A stretch of 64,000 nt of DNA from Octopus vulgaris (Eukaryota), in assembly GCA_951406725.2 (NCBI GenBank), contig OX597843.1, positions 9,424,001 to 9,488,000 of the forward strand. The letters are read 5' to 3'. The notes beneath the pieces are model-generated. The model was not told the origin of the DNA. It saw only the letters and a list, made by a program, of their open reading frames with translations, and did no database searches. This document shows, one piece after another, positions 51,216-64,000 of the stretch (within the stretch, counting starts at the first letter, position 1; each line of letters begins with the position of its first letter). Position numbers and translations under genes: made by a program.

Positions 51216-52289
51216 TGATGATGGTGATGATGGTGATACCACAGAAAGGGATGCTCAGCAACAGCAGCCAGAGAGGAAGGAGATGGTGGCATGTAAGGGG
51301 GGGGTGAGGGAGAAGTGTGTGTGAGGGGTAAGGGGGGGCACCCACAGAATTAAGGGTTATTTGTGGTGGAGGTGGTGGTGGTGGAGGCGGCGGTGATGGA
51401 GGATGGCAAACTGTTGAGGTTGGAGGTTTTGATAGGAAGATGGAAAGATGCTTGTGTGTGTGTGTGTGTGTGTGTGTGTAGACTTTGAGGAGACAGCGAG
51501 GAGGAGGAGGAGGAGGGAGAGCAGGTGATATAGGGAAGCGAAGGGGGGGGAGCACACAGAGCAAGAAATAGAATCATAATTATAAGAATAAGTGCTGTGT
51601 GTGTGTGTGTGTAGGTGTATATAGCCTTCTACACATATATGCGTATGTGTGTGTGGTATATGTATATATATATATGTATATATAGGGGGGGGGCCAGACA
51701 GAGGTAGAGGGGGTACAATAAGAGTAGGAGAGAAAGGTTTCATGCAAGACACAAGAGAGGTTGGGGTCGGGTGGGGGGTGAAATGAGGAGAGGAGCGGGG
51801 TGGGGGAGGGGGATGAACGCCCCCCCCTCCCGCTCTCGCTCCACCACCTAACAAGGGATGCGGAGGGGGTGATGGGGGAGCGACGGTGGGGGGGGTGGAG
51901 GGGGGAAGGGCTGATACAGGAAGCAGAGAACAAAGATTGTGGAAGGAAGTTGGCAGAAGTTGTAGCAACAATGAGGGGGGAAGGGGGGGGGGGAAGAAAA
52001 AAAGAAAAAAAGTGATGGAGGAGAGGAGGAGGAGGAGGAGTGTGAACATGGTGGTGATAAAGTGTGCATAGTTATGTCTGTATAGTGGTTCTTTTTATCT
52101 TTTGCTTGTTTCAGTCCTTAAGAGTGCGGGCCATGCTGGGGCACAGACTCAAAAGACGCTTTAATCGAATCCATGGACCCCAGTACGCATTGGCTTTCCT
52201 TTTTAAGCCTGATACATATTCGATCACTCTTTTTTGCTGAATAGCTAGTTTACAGGGATGTAAACATACCAACACCGGTTGTCAAGTGG

Positions 52290-52510
52290 TGGCGAGCTGG
52301 CAGAAACGTTAGCACGTCGGGCGAAATGCTAAGTGGTATTTCGTCTGCCACTACGTTGTGAGCGCAAATTCCACCGAGGTCAACTTTGCCTTTCATCCTT
52401 TCGGGGTCGATAAATCAAGTACCAGTTACGCACTGGGGTCGATATAATCGACTTAATCCATTTGTCCTCTCTGTGTTTTTAGCCCCTTGTGGGCTGTAAA
52501 GAAATAGGTA
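52290..52510 (+). mobile_element. Family B SINE monomer nested in older family A sequence
   Basis: ggcgagctggcagaaacgttagcac...gtaaagaaataggta. Confidence 0.85.
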
Positions 52511-53155
52511 GAGGACAACTGACACAGACTTGATGGGCTTCTTTCAGTTTCCACCTACCAAATCCATCGACAAGGCTTTGGTCAGCCTGAGGCTAGAGTA
52601 TAAGACACTTGCCCAAGGTGCCTCGCAGTGGGACTGAACCCAGATCCATGTGACTGGGAAGCAAACTTCTTACCACACAGCCACCCCTGTAACCTTTCAT
52701 GAAAGCAAAAAACCAAGTAGAGGGGTTGATTTGTTCAACTACAAGCCCCCAAAGTAGCACCTGAGCATGCTCATCGATCACTCTTTTTTGCTGAATAGCT
52801 AGTTTACAGGGATGTAAACACACCAATACCGGTTGTTAAGTGGTGGCAGAGGGCAAACTGACAGACACATGATGGGATTCTTTCAGTTTCCGTCTACCAA
52901 ATCCACTCACAAGGCTTTGGTCGGCCTGAGGCTATAGCAGAATGACACTTGCTCAAGGTGCCACACACTGGTACTGAACCCAAAACCATGTGGTGGGGAA
53001 GCAAGATACTGACCACACAGCCACGCCTGTAACCTTTCATGAAAGAAAAAACCCAAGTAGAGGGGTTGATTTGTTCAACTACAAGCCCCCAAAGTAGTGC
53101 TGCCTGAGCATGCTCACAGTCTAATGACTGGAAAAAGTAAAAGATAAAAGATATA

Positions 53156-53278
53156 TAATACGGTCATATCTTGATGAATGCACCGGTTCTTGTCTGATCC
53201 CTGAGGTTAAGCATCATCAAACCTAATGAGTACATAGATGAGTGACCGCTTGGGAAACCTAGGTGCTGGCTGTTAGCA
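53156..53278 (+). pseudogene. Decayed 5S rRNA copy (pseudogene or 5S-derived SINE head)
   Basis: tacggtcatatc...gcaccggttcttgtctgatccctgaggttaagc...gagtacatagatgagtgaccgcttgggaaacctaggtgctg is collinear with metazoan 5S rRNA. Many transitions, single copy, no T-run terminator. Confidence 0.85.
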
Positions 53279-53589
53279 CCTCACACAATAGCTGTGTGGT
53301 AAGAAGCTTGCTTCCCAACCACATGGTTCCAAGTTCAGTCCCACTGCGTCACACATTGGGCACGTGTCTTCTACTATAGCCTTGAAGCAACCTGTGAGTG
53401 GATTTGGTAGAGTAAAACTGAAAGCCTGTAGATCGTTAGCTCCTACACGCGTTTTTTCTGTGTAACTTTCTGTCTAAGAGCGTAGGCTTAAAATGTATAA
53501 GACTTATTCTATTGCTATTCCTGAGCGCTATACTAATACATTTGTTTGTTTGTACACCACCTGCCTTCGTCTTTTGTTTATTTTCGTAA

Positions 53590-53629
<40 letters not shown>

Positions 53630-53654
53630 CGTAAACTATATATATATATATAAA

Positions 53655-53943
53655 AAGCACCATCTGAACATGACCGTTGCCAGCGCCGCCTTGGCTGGCT
53701 TCCGTGCCGGTGGCACGTTAAAAGCTCCAACCGATCGTGGCCGATGCCGGACCCCCTGGCACCTGTACAGGTGGCACGTAAAAAGCACCCACTACACTCG
53801 CGGAGTGGTTGGCGTTAGGAAGGGCATCCAGCTGTAGAAACTCTGCCAGATCAGACTGGAGCCTGGTGCAGCCCCTGGCTTCCCAGACCCTGGTCGAACC
53901 GTCCAACCCGTGCTAGCGTGGAAAAAGGAATGTTAAACGATGA

Positions 53944-53946
<3 letters not shown>
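53655..53946 (+). mobile_element. Family C (RTE 3'-UTR-derived) element
   Basis: Two gtggcacgt subrepeats, then gagtggttggcgttaggaagggc...(gat)n. Other copies at ~48500-48870, 57270-57560, 58710-58925 and 62920-63527. Confidence 0.78.
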
Positions 53947-53994
<48 letters not shown>

Positions 53995-54747
53995 CATGTA
54001 TATGTCTGTATATATAAAAACATATATATATGTATGTGTCTGTGTTTGTCCTCCAATCACCGCTTGACACCCGATGTTGGTGTGTTAGCAGTTCAACAAA
54101 AGAGTCTGATAGAGTAAGTACTAGGCTTACAAAGAATAAGTCCTGGGGGTCGATTCCTTTGACTAAAAGTGGTGCTCCAGCATGGCTGCAGTCAAATGAC
54201 TGAAACAAGTAAGAGAATAAAAGAATATATATATATATATATACATATTTTTTTTTCTTTTTCCATATTTCAGTGAAAGTTAGAGGTTGGGAGGCCAAAC
54301 AACTCAGGGATAGTACCTATCCAATATACTGCGGGTAGTGTACCCAATATGTTGATTTGAATTTTAAGATTCAACATCTTTGTCTATATATCTACCTTCT
54401 CAATAAGGTTATCACTTGATATGAAAATTATGTATTAATGGGAAACCTCTATTAATGGCTGATGATTGCCCAACATTTTAGAACTGTTGTAAATCTTACA
54501 ATATTAAATAAAATGATGTAGCGTGAAACGATCGTACCAAATTACCGAAGTTATTCTTGTTGCTTATTTTTGATTATATATATATATATAAGTAAGGACA
54601 AAGCCACTGTGACACATCACCTACAAGCGCGATTACTCAGAGTTCATAGAAAGTGAAACACTTAGGTCACTAACCGGTATTTCCACACTCCAACCTCACC
54701 TCTTCCTCACATAAACTACTTTCAACATGAAAGCACAACACCCTTAC

Positions 54748-54787
<40 letters not shown>

Positions 54788-55000
54788 GGTAAACAGATAG
54801 GTAGATAGATAGATAAACACCTATACACATAAAGAAATGAATTCATATGCGTATATGCATGTTTGTGGATGTCTAACTATATATATATATATATGTATGA
54901 TATACATACATATATATACATATGTAGGTATATGTGTGTATATATATTTGTGTGTGTATGTATATATTTGTGTGTATGTATATATTTGTATGTATGTTTA

Positions 55001-55036
<36 letters not shown>

Positions 55037-55430
55037 CATACAAATATATACACACACACACAAATATATATATACACACATATACCTACATTTGATTCAT
55101 ATAATTGAATGGGTTCAAAGAAAATCACGGAACCGTAAAACCTAACCATGCCCACCCCCCATCATTGACACAAAGAACACCATACACACACTCCTCCCCT
55201 CGTCATACAGAGCATGTGCACCGCAAGGCGCTGTCATCTTGACGCCATGCCATGCGCATCACACTCAACTGCATGATCGAGGTGGTTGCACCACGTGGTC
55301 TGTCTGCCCACCCAACCGAGCAGGCACGCACGTGGCACACATAATACTGGGTGACACCAGGCCAGGTGGCGTACTAATGTCAGTCGGTGAGTTAGTCGGA
55401 AATCATTCCATCGTTAAGCCACAAGAATAT

Positions 55431-56044
55431 CTATTTCTTTATTACTCACAAGGGGCTAAACCTAGAGGGGACAAACAAGGACAGACAAAGGGATTAAGTC
55501 GATTATATCGACCCTAGTGCGTAACTGGTACTTATTTAATCAACCCTGAAAGGATGAAAGGCAAAGTCGACCTCGGCGGAATTTGAACTCAGAACATAGC
55601 GGCAGAAATACCTATTTCTTTATTACCCACAAGGGGCTAAACACAGAGCGGACAAAGAAGGACAGACATAAGTATTAAGTCGATTACATCGACCCCAATG
55701 CGTAACTGGTACTTATTTAATCGACCTCGAAAGGAAGAAAGGCAAAGTCGACCTCGAAAGGAAGAAAGGCAAAGTCGACCTCGGCGGAATCTGAACTCAG
55801 AACGTAACGGCAAATGAAATACCTATTTCTTTACTACCCACAAGGGGCTAAACACAGAGGGGACATACATAGGTATTAAGTCAATTACATCGACACCAGT
55901 GTGTAACTGGTACTTAATTTATTGACCCTGAAAGGATGAAAGGCAAAGTCGACCTCGGCGGAATTTGAACTCGCAACGTAGCGGCAGTGGAAATACCGCT
56001 AAGCATTCCGCCCGGCGTGCTAACGACTCTGCCAGCTCGCCGCC
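55431..56044 (-). mobile_element. Family B SINE trimer with TSD
   Basis: Junctions gaaatacctatttc at ~55605 and ~55817; flanking aagaatat on both sides. Confidence 0.88.
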
Positions 56045-56409
56045 AGAAGAATATATCGAGTAATGGTGACCCCACCACCACCACCACCGCCACCTGGTGT
56101 GAAATCACTGCAACGAAACTCCTGACACATCGTTCACTTCCTTCTTTGTGTCTCGGTTGACTAAGTCCTGCTTAACGAGGTCACGCTTGGCAACGAGGCA
56201 TTTTTGCAAAGCAATGAAACATACCTACACTTTGTTCGGTCACATTAACTTGAGCATACAATGACACAAAAGAGGAGACCAAGAACTCTTTATTCTTACA
56301 GGACAGGACACAACCACTTTTGTGTTGGCACCTGAACGAACTACACCTTACAAAACACCACAATGACTGCAAGCAAGCAGCAGAACAATATATATATATA
56401 CATATCTAT

Positions 56410-56946
56410 AGGCGCAGGAGTGGCTGTGTGGTAAGTAGCTTGCTAACCAACCACATGGTTCCGGGTTCTCCCACTGCGTGGCATCTTGGGCAAATGTCTT
56501 CTACTATAGCTCCGGGCCGACCAATGCCTTGTGAGTGGATTTAGTAGACGGAAACTGAAAGAAGCCCGTCGTATATATGTATATATATATATATATAGGC
56601 GCAGGAGTAGCTGTGTGGTAAGTAGCTTGCTAACCAACCACATGGTTCCGGGTTCAGTCCCACTGCGTGGCATCTTGGGCAACTGTCTTCTACTATAGCT
56701 CCGGGCCGACCAATGCCTTGTGAGTGGATTTAGTAGACGGAAACTGAAAGAAAACCGTCGTATATATGTATATATATATATATAGGCGCAGGAGTAGCTG
56801 TGTGGTAAGTAGCTTGCTAACCAACCACATGGTTCCGGGTTCAGTCCCACTGCGTGGCATCTTGGGCAACTGTCTTCTACTATAGCTCCGGGCCGACCAA
56901 TGCCTTGTGAGTGGATTTAGTAGACGGAAACTGAAAGAAGCCTGTC

Positions 56947-56988
<42 letters not shown>

Positions 56989-57140
56989 TGTGTTTGTCCC
57001 CGTCACTTAGCAGTCCGGCAAAAAGAGACCGATAGAATAAGTACTGGGCTTACAAAGAATAAGTCCCGGGGTCGATTTGCTCGAGTAAAGGCAGTGCTCC
57101 AGCATGGCCGCAGTCAAATGACTGAAACAAGTAAAAGAGT
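56410..57140 (+). mobile_element. Family A SINE with three near-identical heads and one tail
   Basis: ggcgcaggag at ~56410, ~56598 and ~56785. Confidence 0.9.
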
Positions 57141-57564
57141 ATATATATATGCATGTATATATATACATGTAGATGTAGGGACATACATATATGTATGTAT
57201 GTATGTATGCATATATTTTATGCATATATTTTATTTATTAAATCATATATATATATATATATAAATATATCATCATCGTCATCTTTTAACGTCTGCTTTC
57301 CATGCTAGCATGGGTTGGACAGTTTAACTGAGGGCCGGCGAGCCAGTCTCCAATCTGATCTGGTAAAGTTTCTACAGCTGGATACCCTTCCTAGCGCCAA
57401 CTACTCAGAGTGTGGTGGGTGCTTTTACGCGCCACCGGCACAAGGGCCAGTCAGGCGGTACCGGCATCGGCCACACTCAAATGGTACTTTTTATGTGCCA
57501 CCTGCAAAGAAGCCAGTCCGGTGGCACTGGCAAGGACCACGCTCGAATAGGAGCCAGTCAGCGA

Positions 57565-58278
57565 CCCTGGCTTTGGGCAGAAGAAAATGCAGAAGGATCA
57601 ATGAATTATGATTTTATCCAACACTAGCAGTATCGCCCAGCGTTGCTCGGGTTTGTAAGGGAAATAACTATACAAGCATTTTTAGAGAGTTACTTCCCTT
57701 ATAGATGCCAATTCGGGCTTTCTTAGCCATTTATGTTTTGTGTCTTCAAGCCATGAAGTCGTTGTTCTAAAAGAACGCTGGTCTCCTTGACAACGCTTTA
57801 CGACGTTGATTTCCTTACACTCCCTTCCCCACAGCTTCACGAGGGAGGGAAGGGGGAGAAGCAAACAGGTGCAGCTGTGAGCGTGGACGCCAACTCCGCC
57901 GCCATCGACACACGATGCATTTTATGCATTAAAATGGAATAAAAAATGATGTTAAATTATTTTTAAAATCGTAGACTCATCGTAGACACGCGCTAATAGC
58001 CAGACGGGCTCGATATGAATCACGACTATAAGATACCCGAATTTGGTTAAACTGCACCGCAAAATGTGAGAGTAGTTAGGAATCTAAATCGAAGGGGACA
58101 GACACTCACACAACTACAGTTTTATATATATAGATATTCTCCTCTCAGATTCACACACTTATTGCAGCGATCCTTCAGGGATTTTTTTGGCTCTGTAAAA
58201 GAACTTGGGAGGTGGGGTCACCAACCAGTCCTCTCACAATACCCTTAAAACCAGGAACTTTTCAAACACCCCTTCGTA
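57565..58278. mobile_element. Mariner-derived MITE split by a Helitron
   Basis: Joining 57623 to 58135 restores minus-strand ...LKDRCNKCVNLRGEYVG*, a mariner transposase C-terminal pattern. Right end aggaacttttcaaacaccccttcgTA. Confidence 0.65.
57624..58134 (-). mobile_element. Non-autonomous Helitron family B (511 bp)
   Basis: Minus strand TCtatatatataaaac...cccgagcaacgctggg-cgatactgCTAG, inserted at A|T with no TSD. Confidence 0.87.
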
Positions 58279-59559
58279 TATATATTTTCGTTTTTTTACT
58301 TTTAGTATTTCACTTGTTCGAGTGTAGCCATGCTGGGCCACCACCTTGAAGGATTTTAGTCAAACAACTTGGCCACAGCACTTTTTTTTTTAAAAGCCTG
58401 GTACCAATTCCGTCAGTCTCTTTTGCCAAACTACTAAGTTATGGGGATGTAAACACACAGACACTGATTGTCAAGAGGTGGTGGGGAAGAAACAAACATG
58501 TACACACACACACACACACACATGATGAGCTTATTTCAGTTTCCGTCTCTACCAAATCCACTCACAAGGCTTTGGTCAGCCCGAGGCTATAGAAGACAGT
58601 TGCCCAAGGTGCCATGCAGTAGGACTGAACCCGGAACCCTGTGCTTGGGAAGCAAGCTTCTTACCACACAGCCACGTTTATGCACTTATATGTATGTACA
58701 CATAACATAGTCATCATCATCATCATCATCGTCATCATTGAACATCTGTTGTCCATGCTGGCATGGGTTGGACAGTTTGACCAGCGCTGGAAGGCTGCAC
58801 CAGGTTTCAGCCTGATTTGGCAGGGTTTCTACAGCTGGATGCCCTTCCTAACCCCAACCAATCTGAGAGAGCAATGGGTGCTTTTATGTCCCACTGGCAC
58901 AGGTGCCTTCTACGTGAGACTGGCACATATGTATATGTATAAATAATATTCATATATATACATATATAAACACACATGCACATATACATATAAAATATAG
59001 AACACACACACACACAATACATTCACAGATATGTGTGTATTTCTTAATTAGGTGCTTACACACACACATGAGTAAACCTTAATCACACACACGCCCTCAA
59101 AGATGCTAATAAAGGAGGAAAGAAGGAATTTGGGGAGAATTCTATGTGGATGGCAAGACTAGGTAGACATAGCCACGTGTTGTGATGGAAAGGGCCAAGT
59201 GAAGCAGACAAACGGCACAGCTACAATTTGTATCACCTGCAGCAGACACAAACACACACACACACACAGAGGTATGTGCACTCACACACACAGATATGCA
59301 CACACACACATACACGCATGTATGCAGATATGCACGCAGATACATACACACTCACGTACACACACATCGTTATTTAGAATCCATGTTCCATACTGGCATA
59401 GGTTGGACACACGCACATTTATATACATACACACACACACATATATATATATAAACACACATACATACTATATACAAGCATTTATTTACCTGTAATTGTG
59501 TTTTAGTATACCTGAATAAATGTGTATGTCATAACCTACACACACACACATAAATACAT

Positions 59560-59825
59560 GAGAGAAAGAGAGAGGGAGGGAGGGAAAGGGAGAGAGAGAA
59601 AGAAAAAGAGAAAGAGAGATAGGAAGAGAGAGAGGAGAGGGGAGAGAGAAAGAGAGGGGGAGAGAGAAAGAGAGGGAGAGAGAGAAAGAGAGAAAGGGAG
59701 GGAGAGAGAGAAAGAGAGAGAGAGGGAGAGAAAGAGAGAGAGAGAAAGAGAGGGGGAGAGAAAGAGAGAGAAAGAAAGTGGGAGAGAAAGAGAGAGAAAG
59801 AAAGTGGGAGAGAGAGAGAGAGAGG
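59560..59825. repeat. (GA)-rich polypurine tract
   Basis: Seen directly. Confidence 0.95.
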
Positions 59826-60107
59826 ACCAGTTATTCAAACTCTTGTACCTGACAAGGGTTACTGTGTTATAAACAACAACAACAACAACACACCAAAGGT
59901 ATTTTGATAGTATAAAAATCAGCCAAAAATGTTACAGACACCCTCTATCCCCCACCACCACCACCACCACCACCATTAAATTGGTGTTGGCTTGGGGGGG
60001 GAGGTCGGGTAGAGGTTGGAGGCGGGGTAAAATGATTGTTGTCAGTGGAGACAACAATTATAAACCTCAACAACAAATCAATTCATATATTGCTATTGTT
60101 GTGACTC

Positions 60108-60288
60108 TTATTATTATTATTATTATTATTATTTTTTATTATTATATTATTATTATTATTATTACTATTTTTATTATTATTATTATTATTTTTATTATAA
60201 CTATTTTTTATTATTATTATTATTATTTTTTATTATTATAACTATTTTTTATTATTATTATTATTATTTTTTATTATTATTATTACTA

Positions 60289-60324
<36 letters not shown>

Positions 60325-60406
60325 TTTTATTATTATTATTATTATTATTTTTTATTATTATAATTATTATTATTATTATTATTGTTACTATTTTTTATTA
60401 TTATTA
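60108..60406. repeat. (ATT)n tract
   Basis: Seen directly. Confidence 0.95.
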
Positions 60407-60963
60407 TACAATCTTGCCAGACTTTTTTCTTATATGGGTGAATACCCGGAGGTGGAGGCGTGATCAAATTAAAGGCATGTGCACACAGACATACACACGT
60501 GAGTATACATACATGCACACACACACACATATATATACATACATACACACACACACACACAAACATATATATACATACATACACACACACACACAAACAT
60601 ATATATATATATACACACACACACATACATACATATAGATATACACACCCATATATATATATATATACATACATACATATATACACGAATGCACATATCG
60701 AAAAGAAAGTTCGGTATGTGCCTGTGAATGCATGCAATGCATGTGGCCGAGCGCACCTAAACACACAAAAGCAGAGCGAAGGAAGAAGAGGACAGAAAGT
60801 CAATACAACAAGTCTTCCTTTATGTATTTTGCCAAAATTTTACAGGTGCAGGGGGGCGGGGGTTGGGGTTGAGCCGGGGGGGGGCAAATCATAAAAACCC
60901 CTCTCTCTCTCTCTCTCTCCACACATATGCATACATATTCACTCAAGTACTCACATAGACATA

Positions 60964-61195
60964 GCGAGCTGGCAGAATCGTTAGCACTCACGGCGAAATG
61001 CTCAGCGGTATTTCGCTAGTCGTTACGTTCTGAGTTCAAATTCTGCCGAGGTCGACTTTGCCTTTCATCCTTTCGGGGTCGATAAATAAAGTACCAGTTT
61101 CGCACTGGGGTCGATGTAATCAACATAATCACTTTGTCTGTCCTTGTTTGTCCCCTCTATGTTTAGTCCCTTGTGGGTGGGTAGTAAAGAAATAC
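60964..61195 (+). mobile_element. Family B SINE monomer
   Basis: Match to family consensus. Confidence 0.85.
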
Positions 61196-61209
61196 ATAGA
61201 CATAGCGGC

Positions 61210-61242
<33 letters not shown>

Positions 61243-61456
61243 TAAGCATGTACTTACATACATACATAGCTAATGCATACACACACACACACGGCTATAC
61301 ACATGTTCAAATAGGTATGCACATACACATAGCTATAGACACATACATATAAGCATATAGCTATACACACACACACATAGTTATACACACAGTCATATAG
61401 GTATACGCATACATATAGTTATACACGCTCAAATATGTATACACATACATATAGCT

Positions 61457-62917
61457 AAACTAGGAGTAGTTGTTAGATTCGGTTACCTAGGCGACCAAGT
61501 CTGTAGTGGGGGTGGATGCGCAGAGAGTGTTACCACTAGAAAAAGAATAGCCTGGGTGAAGTTCAGAATGCTTCTACCCCCACTGGTGACAAAGGGCCTC
61601 TCGCTCAAAGTGAAAGGTAGATTGTGTGATGCATGTGTGCAATCATCATCATGATTGTTCGACCGTGGTCGAGACAATGGAATTTACCATGCTACGCCAG
61701 ACTTCACGGTCCATCATGGCATTATGGAGGTCCTGTTGCTGGATGCCTGTATCCCTGGAGATTACATCAGGGTAGGAGAGTGTGCGCCCTCTGGTATTGC
61801 GAGTAGATGGCTTCCAGAGGAGAAGAGTAGAAATTACCTCTTTTTCAGCTCTACAACAATGTCCAGCAAACTGGACTCTCCTACCTTTCACAAGAGATGA
61901 CACAGGTGGTAGTTTCCCATATATTTGCATTTTGGTTGAATGATGCTTCCACAAGAGATTTTGAGCTCTCATAAGGAGGCGAGTGTAGGTTCCATCCAAC
62001 TGCCTCTCGAAGTGTGTGCGCCCTCTGGTACTGCGAGTAGATGGCTTCCAGAGGAGAAGAGTAGAAATTGCCTCGTTTTCAGCTCTACAACAATGTCCAG
62101 CAAACTGGACTCTCCTACCTTTCACAAGAGATGACACATGGCAAACTGCCATGCTCTACAGCAGCGAAACATGGGCCGTGACTGCTGAAGACATGTTGGC
62201 TTGAAGGGAATGAAGCTAGCATGATCTGCTGGATGTGTAATGTCAGGGTGCGCACACGACAGAGTGTCAGCGCCCTGAGAGAAATGTTGGATATAAGAAG
62301 CATCAGATGTGGCATGCAAGAGAGACGTCTGCGCTGGTATGGTCATGTACTACGGATGGATGAGGGGAGCTGTGTGAAGAAGTGTCACTCTCAAACAGTG
62401 GAAGGAATCCGGGATAGAGGTAGACCCAGGAAGACATGGGATGAGGTAGTGAAGCATGACCATCGAACATTGGGCCTCACAGAAGCAATGACGAAAGACT
62501 GAGACCTCTGGAGATATGCTGTGACTACAAAGACCTGGTAAATAAAGTGAGTTCACAGTCATAACCTACACAAATGTCGCATAACCAGCCCACTCAAAAA
62601 GTACCTTGGATCGTCTATGCCGGTGGCACGTAAAAAACATCATCCGATCGTGGCCATTGCCAGCCTCGTCTAGACTCCGTGCCAGTGGCACGTAAAAAGT
62701 ACCATCCGATCGTGGCCGTTTGCCAGCCTCGTCTGGCATCTGGCACGTAAAAAGCATCCACTACACTCACGGAGTGGTTGGCGTTAGGAAGGGCAACCAA
62801 CTGTAGAAACTCAGCCATATCAGATTGGGCCTGGTGCAGCCTCCTGGCTTCCCAGACCCCAGTTGAACCGTCTAACCCATGCTAGCATGGAGTGCAGACG
62901 TTAAACGATGATGATGA
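61457..62917 (+). mobile_element. 5'-truncated RTE-clade LINE (family RTE-B) with 3' UTR, disrupted
   Basis: RFGYLGDQV...KGRLCDACVQ [insert] TAMLYSSETWAV...RRLRWYGHVLRM...RGRPRKTW, with stops. The 3' UTR equals the family C element, including the (gat)n tail. Confidence 0.88.
61643..62138 (-). mobile_element. RTE-A LINE fragment with the 234-bp duplication junction, nested in RTE-B
   Basis: RGRTHFERQLDGTY junction; (gat)n tail. Confidence 0.9.
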
Positions 62918-64000
62918 AGCTGGCATGGGTTGGACGGTCTGGCAGGAGCTGGTAAGGCCAAGAGCCATACCAGGTGCCATAATCTGCTTTGGAATGGTTT
63001 CTACAGCTGGCTGCCCTTCCGATTGCCAAGCACTTCACAGAGTGGACAGGGTGCTTTTTACGTGGCACCAACACCGATGCCCTTCATGGGCAAGCATTAC
63101 CGAAGTGGTTTTAGGATATCAATCCTGTTCTGTTGTGGTGGGCGAGATCGTCTTGCATACAACAGTGTACCATATACTTAGGCCCTTTATCTCCTTCGTA
63201 AGTCTCAGCATTTCAACATTGGCTTTCGGAAAAACAGTACAAAAATGGTCCACATTCCACAGAAAAACACGTGCCACGTAAAGATCACCTGTGCCAGTGC
63301 CACGTATAAAGCACCTGTGCCAAGTGCTACATAGAGAGTACCTTGCACACTCTGTAGAGTGGTTGGCCTTAGGAAGGGCATCTAGCCACAGAAACGATGC
63401 CATAACGGACCAATGGAGCCTGGTGTATCCGCCCTGGTTTGCCAGCTCCTGTGAAACAGTCCAACCGACGCCAAAATGGAGAACGGATGTTAAATGATTA
63501 TGAAGATGTTGATGATGATGATGATGACAACTGCAGTGAGGACGTCTCTACGTGATCACACAACATGCTAGAAATAACAACCAAATCAATCTTAAAGTAA
63601 TACATACACCACCACCTGGTCCTTGAACTTCGAGTGAAGCCTAACACTGCCGTCTGGTTCTTGGGTGGCTTGAGTGGAAGCAAGCACTTGGGCCAAGTAT
63701 TCAGTTTGAGGGTACCTTTCCATTTTGCCCCCCCCCCCACACACACACACACAAGTGATGGAGAAGGACCAATGAGCATTTGGCTTCTTCACTGAACTAA
63801 GTACATCATCCCGAAAACCCACCGATATTTAAAACTTTCAATGGCCCTAATGGCAAAAATACTATGGAGTCTATGTTATCTAGAGTGCTCTTTAGCGTAA
63901 AGTGATGGGGGTGCACTTTGAGGAAGTAGAGGCTGCTATTTCTAGCTGATTAAGTGACAAAATGAAGCAGGGAGGGATACTCTATTTTTATAGACGCAAT

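Noticed and set aside
53261-53281. Hairpin AGGTGCT-ggctgtt-AGCACCT at the 5S 3' end, suggesting fold-back priming
   Set aside because: Equally explained by a 4-bp gctg duplication in an ordinary 5S end.

Overview
Repeat-saturated animal genomic DNA, probably an octopus or other coleoid cephalopod (inferred from the SINE/LINE families and microsatellite load, not proven). The window is almost entirely intronic. I found one convincing coding exon: 27412-27549, minus strand, 138 nt, phase 1-1. It aligns without gaps to the N-terminal coiled-coil region shared by CUX1 (cut-like homeobox) and CASP, and it is too short to appear in the ORF track. The rest is tRNA-derived SINEs (often as head-to-tail multimers), 3' fragments of RTE and CR1-group LINEs, non-autonomous Helitrons, hAT/piggyBac/mariner MITEs, a decayed 5S rRNA copy, minisatellites and long simple repeats. 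Nearly all supplied ORFs are artefacts of these repeats. Most interesting observations: (1) a tRNA-headed element carrying a minimal Penelope-type hammerhead ribozyme (two copies), plus a second hammerhead-like family; (2) a 40-bp-period array whose conserved core is a ROR/Rev-erb site fused to an ERE-like palindrome; (3) a 23-copy 66-bp array that places CUT-domain consensus sites inside the cux intron; (4) identical multimer or duplication junctions at independent loci in SINE, CR1, RTE and Helitron copies. Repeat boundaries were read by eye and are approximate.
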